Below are positions 31,453 to 42,030 of a stretch of DNA of 64,000 bases, piece by piece (positions within the stretch are counted from its first letter, which is position 1; each line of letters starts with the position of its first letter). The position numbers and the translations under genes are program-made. Source of the stretch: Patescibacteria group bacterium (GTDB lineage: Bacteria > Patescibacteriota > Patescibacteriia > JBAZBY01); the NCBI GenBank assembly GCA_041671225.1, contig JBAZBY010000001.1, positions 30,338 through 94,337 on the forward strand, in the 5' to 3' direction. The notes beneath the pieces were generated by a model that saw only the letters and a program-made list of their open reading frames with translations, was not told the origin of the DNA and did no database searches.

Positions 31453-34125
31453 CTACAGCTCTTCCGCGTGCTTCACGCTTACCTGTCCGCCTTTTTCTAG
31501 CACCGCAATATCGCGGCGACCAAGATTCCCGGTGAGTAAAAATTTTGCAAGCGCATCATCCACCTCATCTTGAATCAAACGCCGCAACGGACGTGCTCCA
31601 AACGCAGGATCAAAACCGCGTTCAGCAAGATCGACAAGCGCTTCATCGGTCACTTCTAATGTTATTCCACGATCAGCAAGCTGAGCCTGCACCTTGCCAA
31701 TAAGCAATCGAGCAACCTGCACAATATGCTCCGGTGAAAGCGGCGTGAAAACAACGATATTATCAAAACGGTTGAGGAATTCCGGTCGGTAATACTTGCC
31801 GAGCACAACATTCATGAGCTCTTCTTTAATTGCATCAGCTCCAATACCCTCTTTTACCCGTTGCTGGATCACCGGCGTGCCGGCATTTGACGTTGCAATA
31901 ATAATCACATTGGTAAAATCCACGGTACGCCCAGTTCCGTCAGTAAGGCGACCATCATCCATCACCTGCAGGAAAAGATTCAAAATATCTGGATGTGCCT
32001 TCTCAAGTTCATCAAGCAATACGAGTGAAAATGGTTTTGCGCGCACCGCCTGTGTGAGTTGGCCTTCCCCCGCTCCGGCATACCCCGTTGGGGCACCAAG
32101 CAACCGCGCAATGCTGCTCACGTCCTGATACTCCGACATATCCAATCGCGTCATGTTTTCTTCTGAACCAAAGTACACCTCGGCGAGTGTCTTTGCGAGT
32201 TCTGTTTTCCCGACACCGGTTGGTCCAAGAAAAAGCAGGGATGCGATGGGGCGTTTTTCATCACGCAGCTCTGTGCGTGCGCGGCGGAGCGCTTTTGCAA
32301 CTGCGCTCACCGCTTCTTCCTGATTAATTAAGCGGCTGTGAATTTCATCTTCTAAATGCAGCAGCTTCTCGCGCTCATCCTTCGTCACCTCGGCAACCTG
32401 TACCTTTGTCTTTTTTGAAATAACCTTTGCGACGTCCTCGCCAGAAACGATCATATCCTGACCACGCTCACGGCGAACGAATTGCGCAACATCCTCCGTG
32501 AGACGGATGGCCTTTTCCGGCATAAGATGATCATGAATGTAACGAATAGAGAGTTCAACGATTTTTTCAACGGCGTCATAGGAAAAGAACACCCGATACT
32601 TCGCTTCGATGGGAAGAGTGCGCGCCTGCACGATACGAATAGCAAGGTCAGTATCCGGCTCACCGACAAGAATCCGCTCAAAGACGCCTTCGAGCGCGTG
32701 GCCTTCGATCACGCGACGGTAATCTGTTGGCGTTGTCGTTCCAATAACAATCTGCCCATACCGCTGCACATGATTAGAAAGCAGTTCAGCCACATCCAAA
32801 CTTGAGCCGCCCGCAGAAGAAAGCCCGACGATATTCTGCATGTTCTCAATGATCAGTATGATGTTCCCTGAGCGCGTTGCTTCAAAAAGAATGGACTCCA
32901 TGCGTTGTTCAAGTTCACCCATGGCGGCAGCGCCTGAAACAAGTTTTGCAACCGAAAGTGAAATAAGCCGCATGTCCCGCAAAAACTCCGGAACTTCCTC
33001 CGCGGCCATGCGCTGCGCAAGTCCTTCAAGAATCGCCTGTTTGCCCACGCCAGGGTCGCCAACAAGCAGTGGCATGGCTTGTCTCTGCGAAAGAACTTCG
33101 AAGATATGCTGAAATTCATCATCGCGACCAACCATGGCACTCAGCATGCCGCGACGCGCGAGGTCGGTCATGTCATTGCCAAAGCGGTCAAGAAGCGGCG
33201 TGGCGATTGCGGTCATCGCTTTGTTCATGCCGCTTTTGGAGCGATGAGATGCCTTAAGTCGTGAAGAACTCAAATGACTTGTATGCCTATGCGCAAGATA
33301 CATCCATTCAATGACATTATGCAGCTTACGCGTATCAACGCTCAGATCAAAGAGTACTTCACTCGCAATGGATTCTGTTTCTGATATGGCGAGGATGATT
33401 TCTTCGGTCTGCACGTGATCCTGACGGAACATCAGCGTTTCCAAAAAGGAGTGCACCAACAAACGCTGCGTAATCACGCTCAACACAGGCCGATGCTCTC
33501 CACGTGGAAACTTCTCAAGTTGGCGACCAATCTTTTCAACAAGTTGTTGCTGGGAGATGCCAAGTCGGGTCATGACAAAACTGCCATTCTTTGTTTGCAA
33601 TGATGCCGCAAGAAGATGTAATGGCATGACCTCCACATGATGAAAACGCTTTGCCAAAAGCCATGCCTCCTCCACCATATCATGAGCGGGCTGTGAGAAA
33701 TACTGTTCAATATGAATCAAATTCTTATCTTTTGCGATCTCCTCACGCGTCAGCGGTTCGCCAACCGTAAACTGCGCGTATGAAAAGGCATCAAGCCGTT
33801 TGATGCGATGCATCTCTCTATCAAAGCGGTAGATCAAATAGAGATCGGTAAAAAGTGAAAGCCAGAACACGCTCATCGGTCCATTCTTAAGGTCAAACCA
33901 CTCTTGAAGCGTGCCGCCTATATTGACGCTCTCATAGAACTGCCAAAACCCTAAACCAAGTCCCACAATACCAAAAGCGAGCAATGTACCGTTCACGACG
34001 GTCAGTACCATGCGTTCTAACTTTGCCTCGTGACGAGAGCGGTCACTGGGAACACGGCCCCAGAGCAAACCATTGCCGTGTTTACCAACAACAACTGTTA
34101 TGCCATGAGCGTCTTTTCGCTCCAT
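31453..34125 (-). CDS. ClpA/B/C-like AAA+ ATPase with N-terminal transmembrane segments
   Basis: Two hydrophobic N-terminal helices; Clp-N repeats; D1 GDPGVGKQ; D2 GPTGVGKT, LDMSEY, LLDELEK, GARPLRR; start uncertain. Confidence 0.9.
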   Translation of the reverse strand: MERKDAHGITVVVGKHGNGLLWGRVPSDRSRHEAKLERMVLTVVNGTLLAFGIVGLGLGFWQFYESVNIGGTLQEWFDLKNGPMSVFWLSLFTDLYLIYRFDREMHRIKRLDAFSYAQFTVGEPLTREEIAKDKNLIHIEQYFSQPAHDMVEEAWLLAKRFHHVEVMPLHLLAASLQTKNGSFVMTRLGISQQQLVEKIGRQLEKFPRGEHRPVLSVITQRLLVHSFLETLMFRQDHVQTEEIILAISETESIASEVLFDLSVDTRKLHNVIEWMYLAHRHTSHLSSSRLKASHRSKSGMNKAMTAIATPLLDRFGNDMTDLARRGMLSAMVGRDDEFQHIFEVLSQRQAMPLLVGDPGVGKQAILEGLAQRMAAEEVPEFLRDMRLISLSVAKLVSGAAAMGELEQRMESILFEATRSGNIILIIENMQNIVGLSSAGGSSLDVAELLSNHVQRYGQIVIGTTTPTDYRRVIEGHALEGVFERILVGEPDTDLAIRIVQARTLPIEAKYRVFFSYDAVEKIVELSIRYIHDHLMPEKAIRLTEDVAQFVRRERGQDMIVSGEDVAKVISKKTKVQVAEVTKDEREKLLHLEDEIHSRLINQEEAVSAVAKALRRARTELRDEKRPIASLLFLGPTGVGKTELAKTLAEVYFGSEENMTRLDMSEYQDVSSIARLLGAPTGYAGAGEGQLTQAVRAKPFSLVLLDELEKAHPDILNLFLQVMDDGRLTDGTGRTVDFTNVIIIATSNAGTPVIQQRVKEGIGADAIKEELMNVVLGKYYRPEFLNRFDNIVVFTPLSPEHIVQVARLLIGKVQAQLADRGITLEVTDEALVDLAERGFDPAFGARPLRRLIQDEVDDALAKFLLTGNLGRRDIAVLEKGGQVSVKHAEEL

Positions 34126-34156
34126 GACAGAAGGATGGGCAAGATGTTTTTCAAAA

Positions 34157-34531
34157 TTAGCCAACGTGAAATACTGAACGAATAAAAAGATACGCAGTGC
34201 CAATAGGCAACGCGAGCCACAGAAGAACGAAAAGTACTAAAATCAGAAGCCACAACACATACATCACAATACGAACGCCAAACAATATCAAACGCAGCAC
34301 CAGGGAAATGGCACGGCCAGATTTTGTATAATCGCCGTACATCGGCTTCAAGAGATTCTTGAAAAGTACGACAATGGAAAGATTCCGAATCCCCTGCAAT
34401 GCTTCTTGCCCAAAAAACTGCAAGGCACGCCATGTACCAGTGGTATACCACCAGACAGGAAAACGTAATACATCAAAGAGCAGTGTCGTCAGCAGAAAAA
34501 TAATTGCCCGTTTAGTAACAGATGTTGCCAT
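34157..34531 (-). CDS. Hypothetical membrane protein upstream of the Clp ATPase
   Basis: FPVWWYT...KNLLKPMYGDY plus C-terminal hydrophobic hairpin. Confidence 0.75.
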   Translation of the reverse strand: MATSVTKRAIIFLLTTLLFDVLRFPVWWYTTGTWRALQFFGQEALQGIRNLSIVVLFKNLLKPMYGDYTKSGRAISLVLRLILFGVRIVMYVLWLLILVLFVLLWLALPIGTAYLFIRSVFHVG

Positions 34532-34626
34532 AAAGGTATTACAACAGAAAAATGCTTTTGCAGCAACGTAAAAGCACCTCCAGCATACCGAGGAACCGCG
34601 CAAATAACGTATTCGAGATTATTCCC

Positions 34627-36504
34627 TTATTCTTCAAGAATCACAATGCCCTGGCCTGCTGCGCGTGTATCATGCAACAAATCTGTGGTCATTGTCGCGA
34701 TAGATGATGAAAGTGCTTCACCCGTATGCACGTCAGTTGCGGTAACAGTGGCGGCATCGACCAACACTGGTGTACTACCAATCTGATTTGTGGTTGGGGT
34801 AATACGCACGGTAAACTGGGCTGAAAGGATTGCCGAAAGCGTCCCAGTGCCTGCGGGGATGGTATTCACCTCCCAGCGCACCTCGCGGGTTACAGAATCA
34901 AAAGCAATCGTACCGGCGGTTGCGTTAAAATCCATTCCAGGCCAAAAAACATCTCGCGGTATGGTCGCAACAACAGAAAACGTGTCTGCATTGTTCGTGG
35001 TATTTGATGCAAACCATTGAATGACATACGTTGTTGATTGCCCTGCTTCTGGCGGAATAGGACCATCACCGATCGGGATCCCCTCTTCATCGTAGTACCG
35101 CGCTTCTCCGGTAACATTCAAAGTAGTGGCGACAGGAAGCACCAATGTGCGTTCTGTTCCTGCGAGTGTGGGATCATCCAGACCACTGATACTACCAACA
35201 TTCGAACGCGCAGTAAGAGAAACATTCTGCAAAAAATCATCTTCGCTTGCCGGCGTAAGTGGCTGCTGCACGGTCAATGAAAGCGTCACATCTCCCTTTG
35301 CTCCAGGTTTCAATTGTTCGAGACTCGAAATTTCATCCTTCGTCCATATAAACGTCAAGCCATCAACGCGTGCCTCAGGAATCGTTGAAAGATTCGATGC
35401 CACAAGCGGACTCTTGTCATCCACGACCATCGTGAGCGTCACATCAGTGAGTGCAAGTTCAGAGGTATTCTCATACGAGAGCTTCACGGGAATGCGATCC
35501 CCTGGTTTGATGGGAATCGTTGTGTCTTCATCCGCGCGTTCAAGCGTAAGAAAAAGTTCAGGCTTCACAAGTAAGATAAGCACGCTTGCCCTTCCTTGCG
35601 TGTCCTCAATGCCGTTGCGATTCAACGAAGAGACAATGCTCAATTCAACGAACTCCTGCTCACTTGCCGCAAACACTCCAGAAAACGTCAACTCCTTTTC
35701 TTCATCGGGTGCGATAGAATCAATGCTCCACCGTTGTCCATCTGAAATTTCTGGGGTACTGCTTGTAAGCGTAAAGTCCTCTGGTGTGCCTATGGTCAGG
35801 CGCAAGGCAGAAAGCGCATCGCTACTCGTATTCGTTACCACAACCTTCCAGGTTCCCTCGCTCCCCGGTGCGATCTCCTGCGGACCCTCGATATCCATCA
35901 TAAGCGCCGAGGCCCCAATACGAACATTGACGCGATCCGTTTCATGAAACTGATAATTAAAATTCTCTGGTTGAAAGGTAAAGGTAAAGCCAAATTCCTT
36001 TTCCTCACCCACGGCACCAATGAGATTACCAGTCAACGTTAGACTATTTTCTTCACCCGGAGAAAGCGTGCCGAGGGTATATGCGTTCTTTGCTTCATTA
36101 TCCGCAGAACGGCTTGCGTTCTTTACGGTATACCCCGAAGGAAATTGAATGGTCATCACAAAATCCTTCAACGCGACATCCTCCACATTCGTCATTGTCA
36201 ACGTAATGGAAAAATCCTCACCAGCAGCAACGCGTTCTGGTATCTGGGCCTCTACACGTACGCTCTTGCCGCTATATTCCGCATCCTGCGCAATAAAAAG
36301 GAAAAAACCTGCTGTTGCGGCACCAAGAAGAACGACCGTAACAATGAGAACGATGTAAAATATCTTCCGAGGATTCCGCTTCTTGCGCTCAAAACGCGTC
36401 ATGTCCACACGCCGTCCCTCTTCTTTGAATATTTCAGAAAGCTGCGACTTCGGTTTGCGAATGCCAGAGGTTCTACGGATGCTTTCTGTTGTTCTATTTT
36501 CCAT
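34627..36504 (-). CDS. Membrane-anchored extracellular protein with tandem Ig-like (DUF11-like) domains
   Basis: Basic N-terminus, single TM, repeated beta-rich units (ITLTMTN, WKVVVTN, VKLSYEN, YVIQWFASN). Confidence 0.8.
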   Translation of the reverse strand: MENRTTESIRRTSGIRKPKSQLSEIFKEEGRRVDMTRFERKKRNPRKIFYIVLIVTVVLLGAATAGFFLFIAQDAEYSGKSVRVEAQIPERVAAGEDFSITLTMTNVEDVALKDFVMTIQFPSGYTVKNASRSADNEAKNAYTLGTLSPGEENSLTLTGNLIGAVGEEKEFGFTFTFQPENFNYQFHETDRVNVRIGASALMMDIEGPQEIAPGSEGTWKVVVTNTSSDALSALRLTIGTPEDFTLTSSTPEISDGQRWSIDSIAPDEEKELTFSGVFAASEQEFVELSIVSSLNRNGIEDTQGRASVLILLVKPELFLTLERADEDTTIPIKPGDRIPVKLSYENTSELALTDVTLTMVVDDKSPLVASNLSTIPEARVDGLTFIWTKDEISSLEQLKPGAKGDVTLSLTVQQPLTPASEDDFLQNVSLTARSNVGSISGLDDPTLAGTERTLVLPVATTLNVTGEARYYDEEGIPIGDGPIPPEAGQSTTYVIQWFASNTTNNADTFSVVATIPRDVFWPGMDFNATAGTIAFDSVTREVRWEVNTIPAGTGTLSAILSAQFTVRITPTTNQIGSTPVLVDAATVTATDVHTGEALSSSIATMTTDLLHDTRAAGQGIVILEE

Positions 36505-36516
36505 ACATACAGTATA

Positions 36517-37254
36517 TCACGCTTCGCTCTGAAGCACGGAGGTCAGAAAAGCATCAGAGCGCAATGGATGGTCTAATTTACTATAAATAAAGGTGCGCAA
36601 AGCACGATAGAGTTCCGGCGCAAAGCCCGGATCGCTCGCTGGCGGTTCATCGGATGCGAGCAATGCTTCAAGCGTTCCACGCTCCTGCCGTGTTATGCGC
36701 GGGAGGTCGCTTATACTCGCCTCTTCCGCAAGAACAAAACCGCCATGAGAAGGATCAAACACGCCATCATCTGCATCGCGACCGCTGACGACACTCTGCA
36801 CAAAAGCTGCCTCATAACCTAACGCGGCAAGTAACTGCAGATGGACAAGATCCACAAAGCCGCGAAAAATGGGTTGTGGATTCTCCAGGCGTTCCAATGC
36901 CTTCTCAACAAGAGTAAAAATACGCTCATCAGGATGATACGGCTTCACAAGTTGATCCAATAACTCTGTGATACTATGCGCAGCACCAAAGCGAGGCAGA
37001 CTTTCTGTTAACGTGCGGAATCGCTTCTCCACAACAGCACCAATAACCTGATCATTCCGCGGACCATGCGCAATGGAAAGCTTAATGATGAGAAGCGGCT
37101 CAAGGGAGCCCGCGAGCTTGGACGTAATGCGCTGGGTGCCCCGCGCCATGCCATCCACCTTGCCAAGATCGCGCGTATAAAAAATAACCCTCCGGTCAAA
37201 TGACCGATACGGGTACCACCGGAGTACGATTGCGTCTGTGGTACGCGAATTCAT
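36517..37254 (-). CDS. recO: DNA repair protein RecO
   Basis: AIVLR...DRRVIFYTRDLGKVDGMARG...SKLAGSLEP. Confidence 0.92.
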   Translation of the reverse strand: MNSRTTDAIVLRWYPYRSFDRRVIFYTRDLGKVDGMARGTQRITSKLAGSLEPLLIIKLSIAHGPRNDQVIGAVVEKRFRTLTESLPRFGAAHSITELLDQLVKPYHPDERIFTLVEKALERLENPQPIFRGFVDLVHLQLLAALGYEAAFVQSVVSGRDADDGVFDPSHGGFVLAEEASISDLPRITRQERGTLEALLASDEPPASDPGFAPELYRALRTFIYSKLDHPLRSDAFLTSVLQSEA

Positions 37255-40109
37255 GTTTTTTTGAGCGTGAAGCGCACTGTCATCTCACCAAGCTTCACCT
37301 CAACATCTCCTTCGCTCCCCTTTTTGATTGCCGTTGCCCGCGTTGTCTCCATGATCTGCTTGCCATACGTCGCAAAGAAGGCATCCGCATCATCGCCCGC
37401 ATACGTTATGTGTACGGTATCCTCTGGAGTGAATTGCTGCTTTTTGCGCTCAGCATTCACGGCACGCGTGAATTCACGGACCCAGCCGAATTCCTTCAGC
37501 TCATCAGTGAGGGTTATATCGAGACCAACGTGAATCTCACCTTCGGAAACGCGCACCCAATCATCGCCATGCGGCACAGGCGCAACCAGCACTTCCTGCA
37601 CATTCATCTCTGCGGCAAGGATCCCTTTCATCTTCTCATCCAGCTTCACACCGGCAATCGCAAGTTGCGCAAGCGGCTGACGCACCTTCATTTTTGCCTG
37701 TTCACGCGCGGCATGCCCCATCACGACAATTCTTCGCACGGCAGCCATCTGCGTGAGAAGCTCCTCATCGCTTTTCTCTCCTTTTGGCCAATCCTCAAGA
37801 TGCACAGAATCCTTCTCACCGCCGACCGCCGCATACATATGCTCAGCAAAAAATGGTGCAAAGGGCGCCATGAGTTTTGCAAGCGTGCCAAGCGCCATAC
37901 CGAGCGTCTGAGTTGCCGCGGCATTCCCTGCACGGAAGCGGTCTCGCGAACGACGCACATACCACGTTGAAAGATCCTGAATATACTCATCAATGGCCCG
38001 CACTGCGCGTGTAATATTCAATTCGTCCAGCTCCTTTGTCACATAGATGACAAGCGCATTTGTACGCGCAATAAGCCATTCATCAAGGATATGCTTTTCA
38101 TCACTGCCCACAGCGCTATCTTTATTGAGCACATAAAACTTCACAACATTATCAAGGATAAGGAATGTCTTTTTAATAACCGTCTGCACAGCTTGCGGGT
38201 CCATGTTCTTCCCCTCACCCGGATCATTCACAATATAAAAATACCAACGTACGGCATCGGCGGAGCTTTCTTGAATGACGTCCCAGGGGCTCACCACGTT
38301 CCCAATATGCTTGGACATTTTCTTACCATGCTTGTCATTCACGTGCCCGAGTGAGATCACATTTTTGAACGGCGGTTCCTTATACCCCATGGCCGTTGCG
38401 ACCGCGAGCAACGTATAAAACCAGCCGCGGGTCTGATCAATCGCCTCACAAATGAAATCCGCAGGGAAGTTTATGCCCTTCTCAATGCGCTCCGTATTTT
38501 CAAATGGATAATGCCATTGTGCAAACGGCATGGATCCGGAATCGAACCACGTATCCATCACTTCTGGAACGCGGCGCATTACTCCATCACATTTCCCACA
38601 TTTCCATGCGAGTTCATCCACGAACGGCTTGTGCGGATCGAATTGCACATTATCCGCTCGAATGCTGGAATCCCCGGTTTTCTCCGCAAGCTCGCTGAAA
38701 CTGCCGATGCATTCCTGGTTCCCGCACTTTTCGCACTGCCAGATGGGTATGGGCGTTCCCCAATACCGGCTGCGGGAAATTGCCCAGTCCACCACGTTAT
38801 TCAGCCATTCACCAAAACGACCGTCCTTGAGATGCGCGGGGATCCAGTTGATCTGGCTGTTGTTTGCCAGCAACTCTTTCTTCACCTTGCTCATGGCAAT
38901 GAACCACGAGGATTTTGCATAATAGAGGAGCGCAGTATCGCAACGCCAACAGAACGGATAGGTATGCGTGTAATTCTCCTGTTTGTACAGTTTGCCATGC
39001 GCATCAAGCCACTGAATAATCTCTCCATCCGTTTCCTTCACGCGCTTTCCAGTGAACGGGCCGGCGTCCTGCGTGAAGAATCCGCGTTCATCAACGGTAT
39101 GATATTTTGGCAGATCCAACTGCTCACCAAGCGCATAGTCATCCGCGCCGTACATCACGGCGGTATGCACCACGCCTGTGCCGTCTGCCGTTGTTACAAA
39201 ATCTGCAGCCGCAACATAATACGCATCCTTGCCGGTCTTTTCTTTGAGGTTCACGCCTTCCACAAGTGGAGCGTACCGTTTGCCAACCAGATCACTGCCC
39301 GAAAGTTTTTCGACTACTTCATACTCACCATCCAGTGCAACAAGTCGTGCTTTTGCAAGATAATAGAAATCATTTCCCTGCTTCGCTTTCACATACTCAA
39401 TATCTTCTCCAACAGCAAGCGCAACATTTCCCGGCAGCGTCCACGGCGTTGTGGTCCACGCAAGGATGTATGTGTTCTCTTCGTCTTCTACTTTGAACTT
39501 CACATACACCGCCGGCTCGGTCACCTCTTCATACCCCTGCGCAACCTCGTGATCAGAAAGCGTGGTGCCGCAGCGCGGGCAATACGGCAGCACTTTGTGT
39601 CCGGTGATGAACAACCCGCGGTCATAGATCTTTTTCACGATGGCCCACAATGATTCGATGTACGGATTCTCATACGTCACATACGGATGCTCCATGTCCA
39701 GCCAGAACCCCACGCGCTCAGTGAGCTGCTCCCATTCCTCTTTGTACTTCCACACGCTCTTGCGGCACTCGGCATTGAACTTTTCCACGCCAAATTTCTC
39801 GATATCTTGTTTTCCAGACACGCCGATCTGTTTTTCTACCTCAAGTTCCACGGGCAAGCCTTGCGTGTCCCAACCCGCTTTGCGCTCAACAAAAAAACCC
39901 TGCATGGTCTTGTAACGCGGGATGACATCTTTATACGCACGCGTAATCACGTGGCCGATGTGCGGCTTGCCATTAGCGGTCGGTGGGCCCTCAAAAAACA
40001 CGTACGGCGTACCGTCCTTGGTCTTTTCTAGTGTCTGCTCAAAAATATGCTGCTTTTTCCAGCGCGCGAGAACCTCTTCTTCACGTTCCTGCAAGGATTT
40101 TTCACCCAT
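37251..40109 (-). CDS. ileS: Isoleucine-tRNA ligase, type 2
   Basis: EGPPTANGKPHIGH, WTTTPWTLP, RSRYWGTPIP, WFDSGSMP, DQTRGWFY, KMSK. Confidence 0.97.
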   Translation of the reverse strand: MGEKSLQEREEEVLARWKKQHIFEQTLEKTKDGTPYVFFEGPPTANGKPHIGHVITRAYKDVIPRYKTMQGFFVERKAGWDTQGLPVELEVEKQIGVSGKQDIEKFGVEKFNAECRKSVWKYKEEWEQLTERVGFWLDMEHPYVTYENPYIESLWAIVKKIYDRGLFITGHKVLPYCPRCGTTLSDHEVAQGYEEVTEPAVYVKFKVEDEENTYILAWTTTPWTLPGNVALAVGEDIEYVKAKQGNDFYYLAKARLVALDGEYEVVEKLSGSDLVGKRYAPLVEGVNLKEKTGKDAYYVAAADFVTTADGTGVVHTAVMYGADDYALGEQLDLPKYHTVDERGFFTQDAGPFTGKRVKETDGEIIQWLDAHGKLYKQENYTHTYPFCWRCDTALLYYAKSSWFIAMSKVKKELLANNSQINWIPAHLKDGRFGEWLNNVVDWAISRSRYWGTPIPIWQCEKCGNQECIGSFSELAEKTGDSSIRADNVQFDPHKPFVDELAWKCGKCDGVMRRVPEVMDTWFDSGSMPFAQWHYPFENTERIEKGINFPADFICEAIDQTRGWFYTLLAVATAMGYKEPPFKNVISLGHVNDKHGKKMSKHIGNVVSPWDVIQESSADAVRWYFYIVNDPGEGKNMDPQAVQTVIKKTFLILDNVVKFYVLNKDSAVGSDEKHILDEWLIARTNALVIYVTKELDELNITRAVRAIDEYIQDLSTWYVRRSRDRFRAGNAAATQTLGMALGTLAKLMAPFAPFFAEHMYAAVGGEKDSVHLEDWPKGEKSDEELLTQMAAVRRIVVMGHAAREQAKMKVRQPLAQLAIAGVKLDEKMKGILAAEMNVQEVLVAPVPHGDDWVRVSEGEIHVGLDITLTDELKEFGWVREFTRAVNAERKKQQFTPEDTVHITYAGDDADAFFATYGKQIMETTRATAIKKGSEGDVEVKLGEMTVRFTLKKT

Positions 40110-40166
40110 ACTGTGGAGCCAGTGTACTGGTTTTTCTGTTCTTTTTCAAGATGATTCGTACGCCTT

Positions 40167-40400
40167 TCAAGCGTCCGCAGCAGTTGTGAACTTCTTGAGC
40201 CTGCTCTTCTTACCCCTCACGAGCGTCAGCGTACTTGGTGCAACATCGAGCTCCTCCGCAAGGAGTTTGGTTATCGCTTCATTTGCCTTGTTCTTTTCTG
40301 AAGGCTCGGTCGTAAAAATACGGAACGTCGTGTCGTCCACTCGCTCTACTTTATTCATCTGTGCTGACGCTTTTGCAAGAACCGTAATGACTCTTCCCAT
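40167..40400 (-). CDS. DUF167 (YggU-like) protein
   Basis: MGRVITV...KANEAITKLLAEELDV...GKKSRLK; the ORF extension to 40508 is translated repeat DNA. Confidence 0.85.
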   Translation of the reverse strand: MGRVITVLAKASAQMNKVERVDDTTFRIFTTEPSEKNKANEAITKLLAEELDVAPSTLTLVRGKKSRLKKFTTAADA

Positions 40401-40413
40401 TTTTTTAACTAAA

Positions 40414-40519
40414 GACGAAGATATGTGCGGAGCTAAGCCGACGAGGACTGTTTGACGATCCTGAGCTTGTCGAAGGGGAGGAGTTCCGCAGTCGGCGCAG
40501 CGACGCACATATCTTCGTC
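40414..40519. repeat. 106-bp palindromic MITE/REP-like element
   Basis: Perfect 16-bp terminal inverted repeat gacgaagatatgtgcg/cgcacatatcttcgtc, inner gccgac/gtcggc, central cctgagcttgtcgaaggg. Confidence 0.75.
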
Positions 40520-40523
40520 ACCC

Positions 40524-41681
40524 TCATGCACCATGCTTTATGGTGCGTTCAACCCGCTGGTATACCTTGAGCGTCTCACGTGCGGTTCGCTCCCATGAAA
40601 ACTGTTGCGCTTTGCGCTTTCCTCGGCGCGCGAGCTCGATGCGGAATTTTGGATTCACTAACATAGAACCCATGGCTCGAGTCATTGCGCTGACATCCTC
40701 CGCATTCACAAGCATGCCGGAACGGCCGATGATCTCTGAAAGGCTCGAGGTGTCGCTTGCAATCACTGGCGTGCCGAGCTGCATTGCTTCCAAAACGGGC
40801 AGACCAAAGCCTTCATACAGTGATGGGAAGACAAACGCAATGGCGCCTTTCATCAGTTCCACTTTTTCTTCCTGAGAAACATAACCAAGAAGTCGCACGT
40901 GCCGTTGCATCTTCTCTTGTTTGATCATCGCAGTCACATCTTCATGGCGATACCCCTTTGCCCCGACAATCAAAAACTCTGTCTCACTCGCGAGCTCGCC
41001 CTCTCGACGCACAAAACGTGCGTATGCTTGAATCGCATGCGGAAGATTCTTGCGCGGCTCCAACGTTCCCACAAAAAGAAAATAGGGTTTTGTGAGTTTG
41101 CACTTCTTCTTCACGCGCTCTGCTCCACCGCGTTTGCGCTTGAATTCTTCAACGCCTTCATAGATCACGCTGATCTTCTTACTCGGAATATTGAAGAGCA
41201 TTTGAATATCATCTGCGGTTGATTCAGAAACAGCAATAATGCGATCTGCCTCCCTGAGACTGCGCGGCACTAAGACGCTCGTTGAAAGGACCTGACGCGG
41301 AAACCATGTTGGTTCCCGATAAATGGCAAGGTCATGAATGGTGATGACAGATGGTTTGTGGTATGACAGGGGCAAAATATTTGCTGGCGCGTGAAACACA
41401 TCCAACTGGGCGTTTGAAAGTACCTTGGGCACCACGCCATGCGCATAGGTTATCGGAAGAAATTTCTTATACCGTGAAAACGGAAAGCGTCGAATCTCTA
41501 CATTGGAATATTGCGCAAACAACTGTGTATCCTTCACCCGATGATCAAAAAAAAGTACGTACGTATTCTTCGTATCATACTGCAAAAGATGTTGCACAAG
41601 ATAGGCAGTGTAATGCCCAATTCCTGCCTGCTCCCCGAGCTCGGGACTTAAAATATTGCGACAATCAATCCCAATGCGCAT
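40524..41681 (-). CDS. Glycosyltransferase family 4
   Basis: TIHDL, VGTLEPRKN, FPSLYEGFGLPVLEAM. Confidence 0.95.
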   Translation of the reverse strand: MRIGIDCRNILSPELGEQAGIGHYTAYLVQHLLQYDTKNTYVLFFDHRVKDTQLFAQYSNVEIRRFPFSRYKKFLPITYAHGVVPKVLSNAQLDVFHAPANILPLSYHKPSVITIHDLAIYREPTWFPRQVLSTSVLVPRSLREADRIIAVSESTADDIQMLFNIPSKKISVIYEGVEEFKRKRGGAERVKKKCKLTKPYFLFVGTLEPRKNLPHAIQAYARFVRREGELASETEFLIVGAKGYRHEDVTAMIKQEKMQRHVRLLGYVSQEEKVELMKGAIAFVFPSLYEGFGLPVLEAMQLGTPVIASDTSSLSEIIGRSGMLVNAEDVSAMTRAMGSMLVNPKFRIELARRGKRKAQQFSWERTARETLKVYQRVERTIKHGA

Positions 41682-41690
41682 GTGTCTGCG

Positions 41691-42011
41691 TTATGCAACT
41701 GCAACGTTGCCGATTGCCCAAAACACAAACAGGAGCTCCAGAATACCAAACCCAAAACCAAAGTACGCATAGACTGCTCCGCCAACATCGGCATTATGGC
41801 GAACATGTGCTATGCCTATCGCGCCGGTGATAAGTGCAGAGAGTGCAAGGGCAATAGTGCCATAAAAATACACAACGACTGGCCCGTTTTCCTCTGGCAA
41901 AACAAATGCCATACTCATTGCACATAATGCGAGCAACGTCGAAAGCACGGCTACTTTTGAACGTCGCTGCGTTGGAATCATTGACTGTTCTTGTTGTGAT
42001 ACGTTTTCCAT
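41691..42011 (-). CDS. DUF4190-like small membrane protein
   Basis: SKVAVLS...ALITGAIG...GAVYAYFG, three hydrophobic segments; SD-like AAGGGGA. Confidence 0.65.
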   Translation of the reverse strand: MENVSQQEQSMIPTQRRSKVAVLSTLLALCAMSMAFVLPEENGPVVVYFYGTIALALSALITGAIGIAHVRHNADVGGAVYAYFGFGFGILELLFVFWAIGNVAVA

Positions 42012-42030
42012 ACTTCCCCTTTTAATACCT

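Noticed and set aside
40401-40508. N-terminal extension of the DUF167 ORF (LRQAQDR)
   Set aside because: Translation of the palindromic element; the real start is likely 40400.
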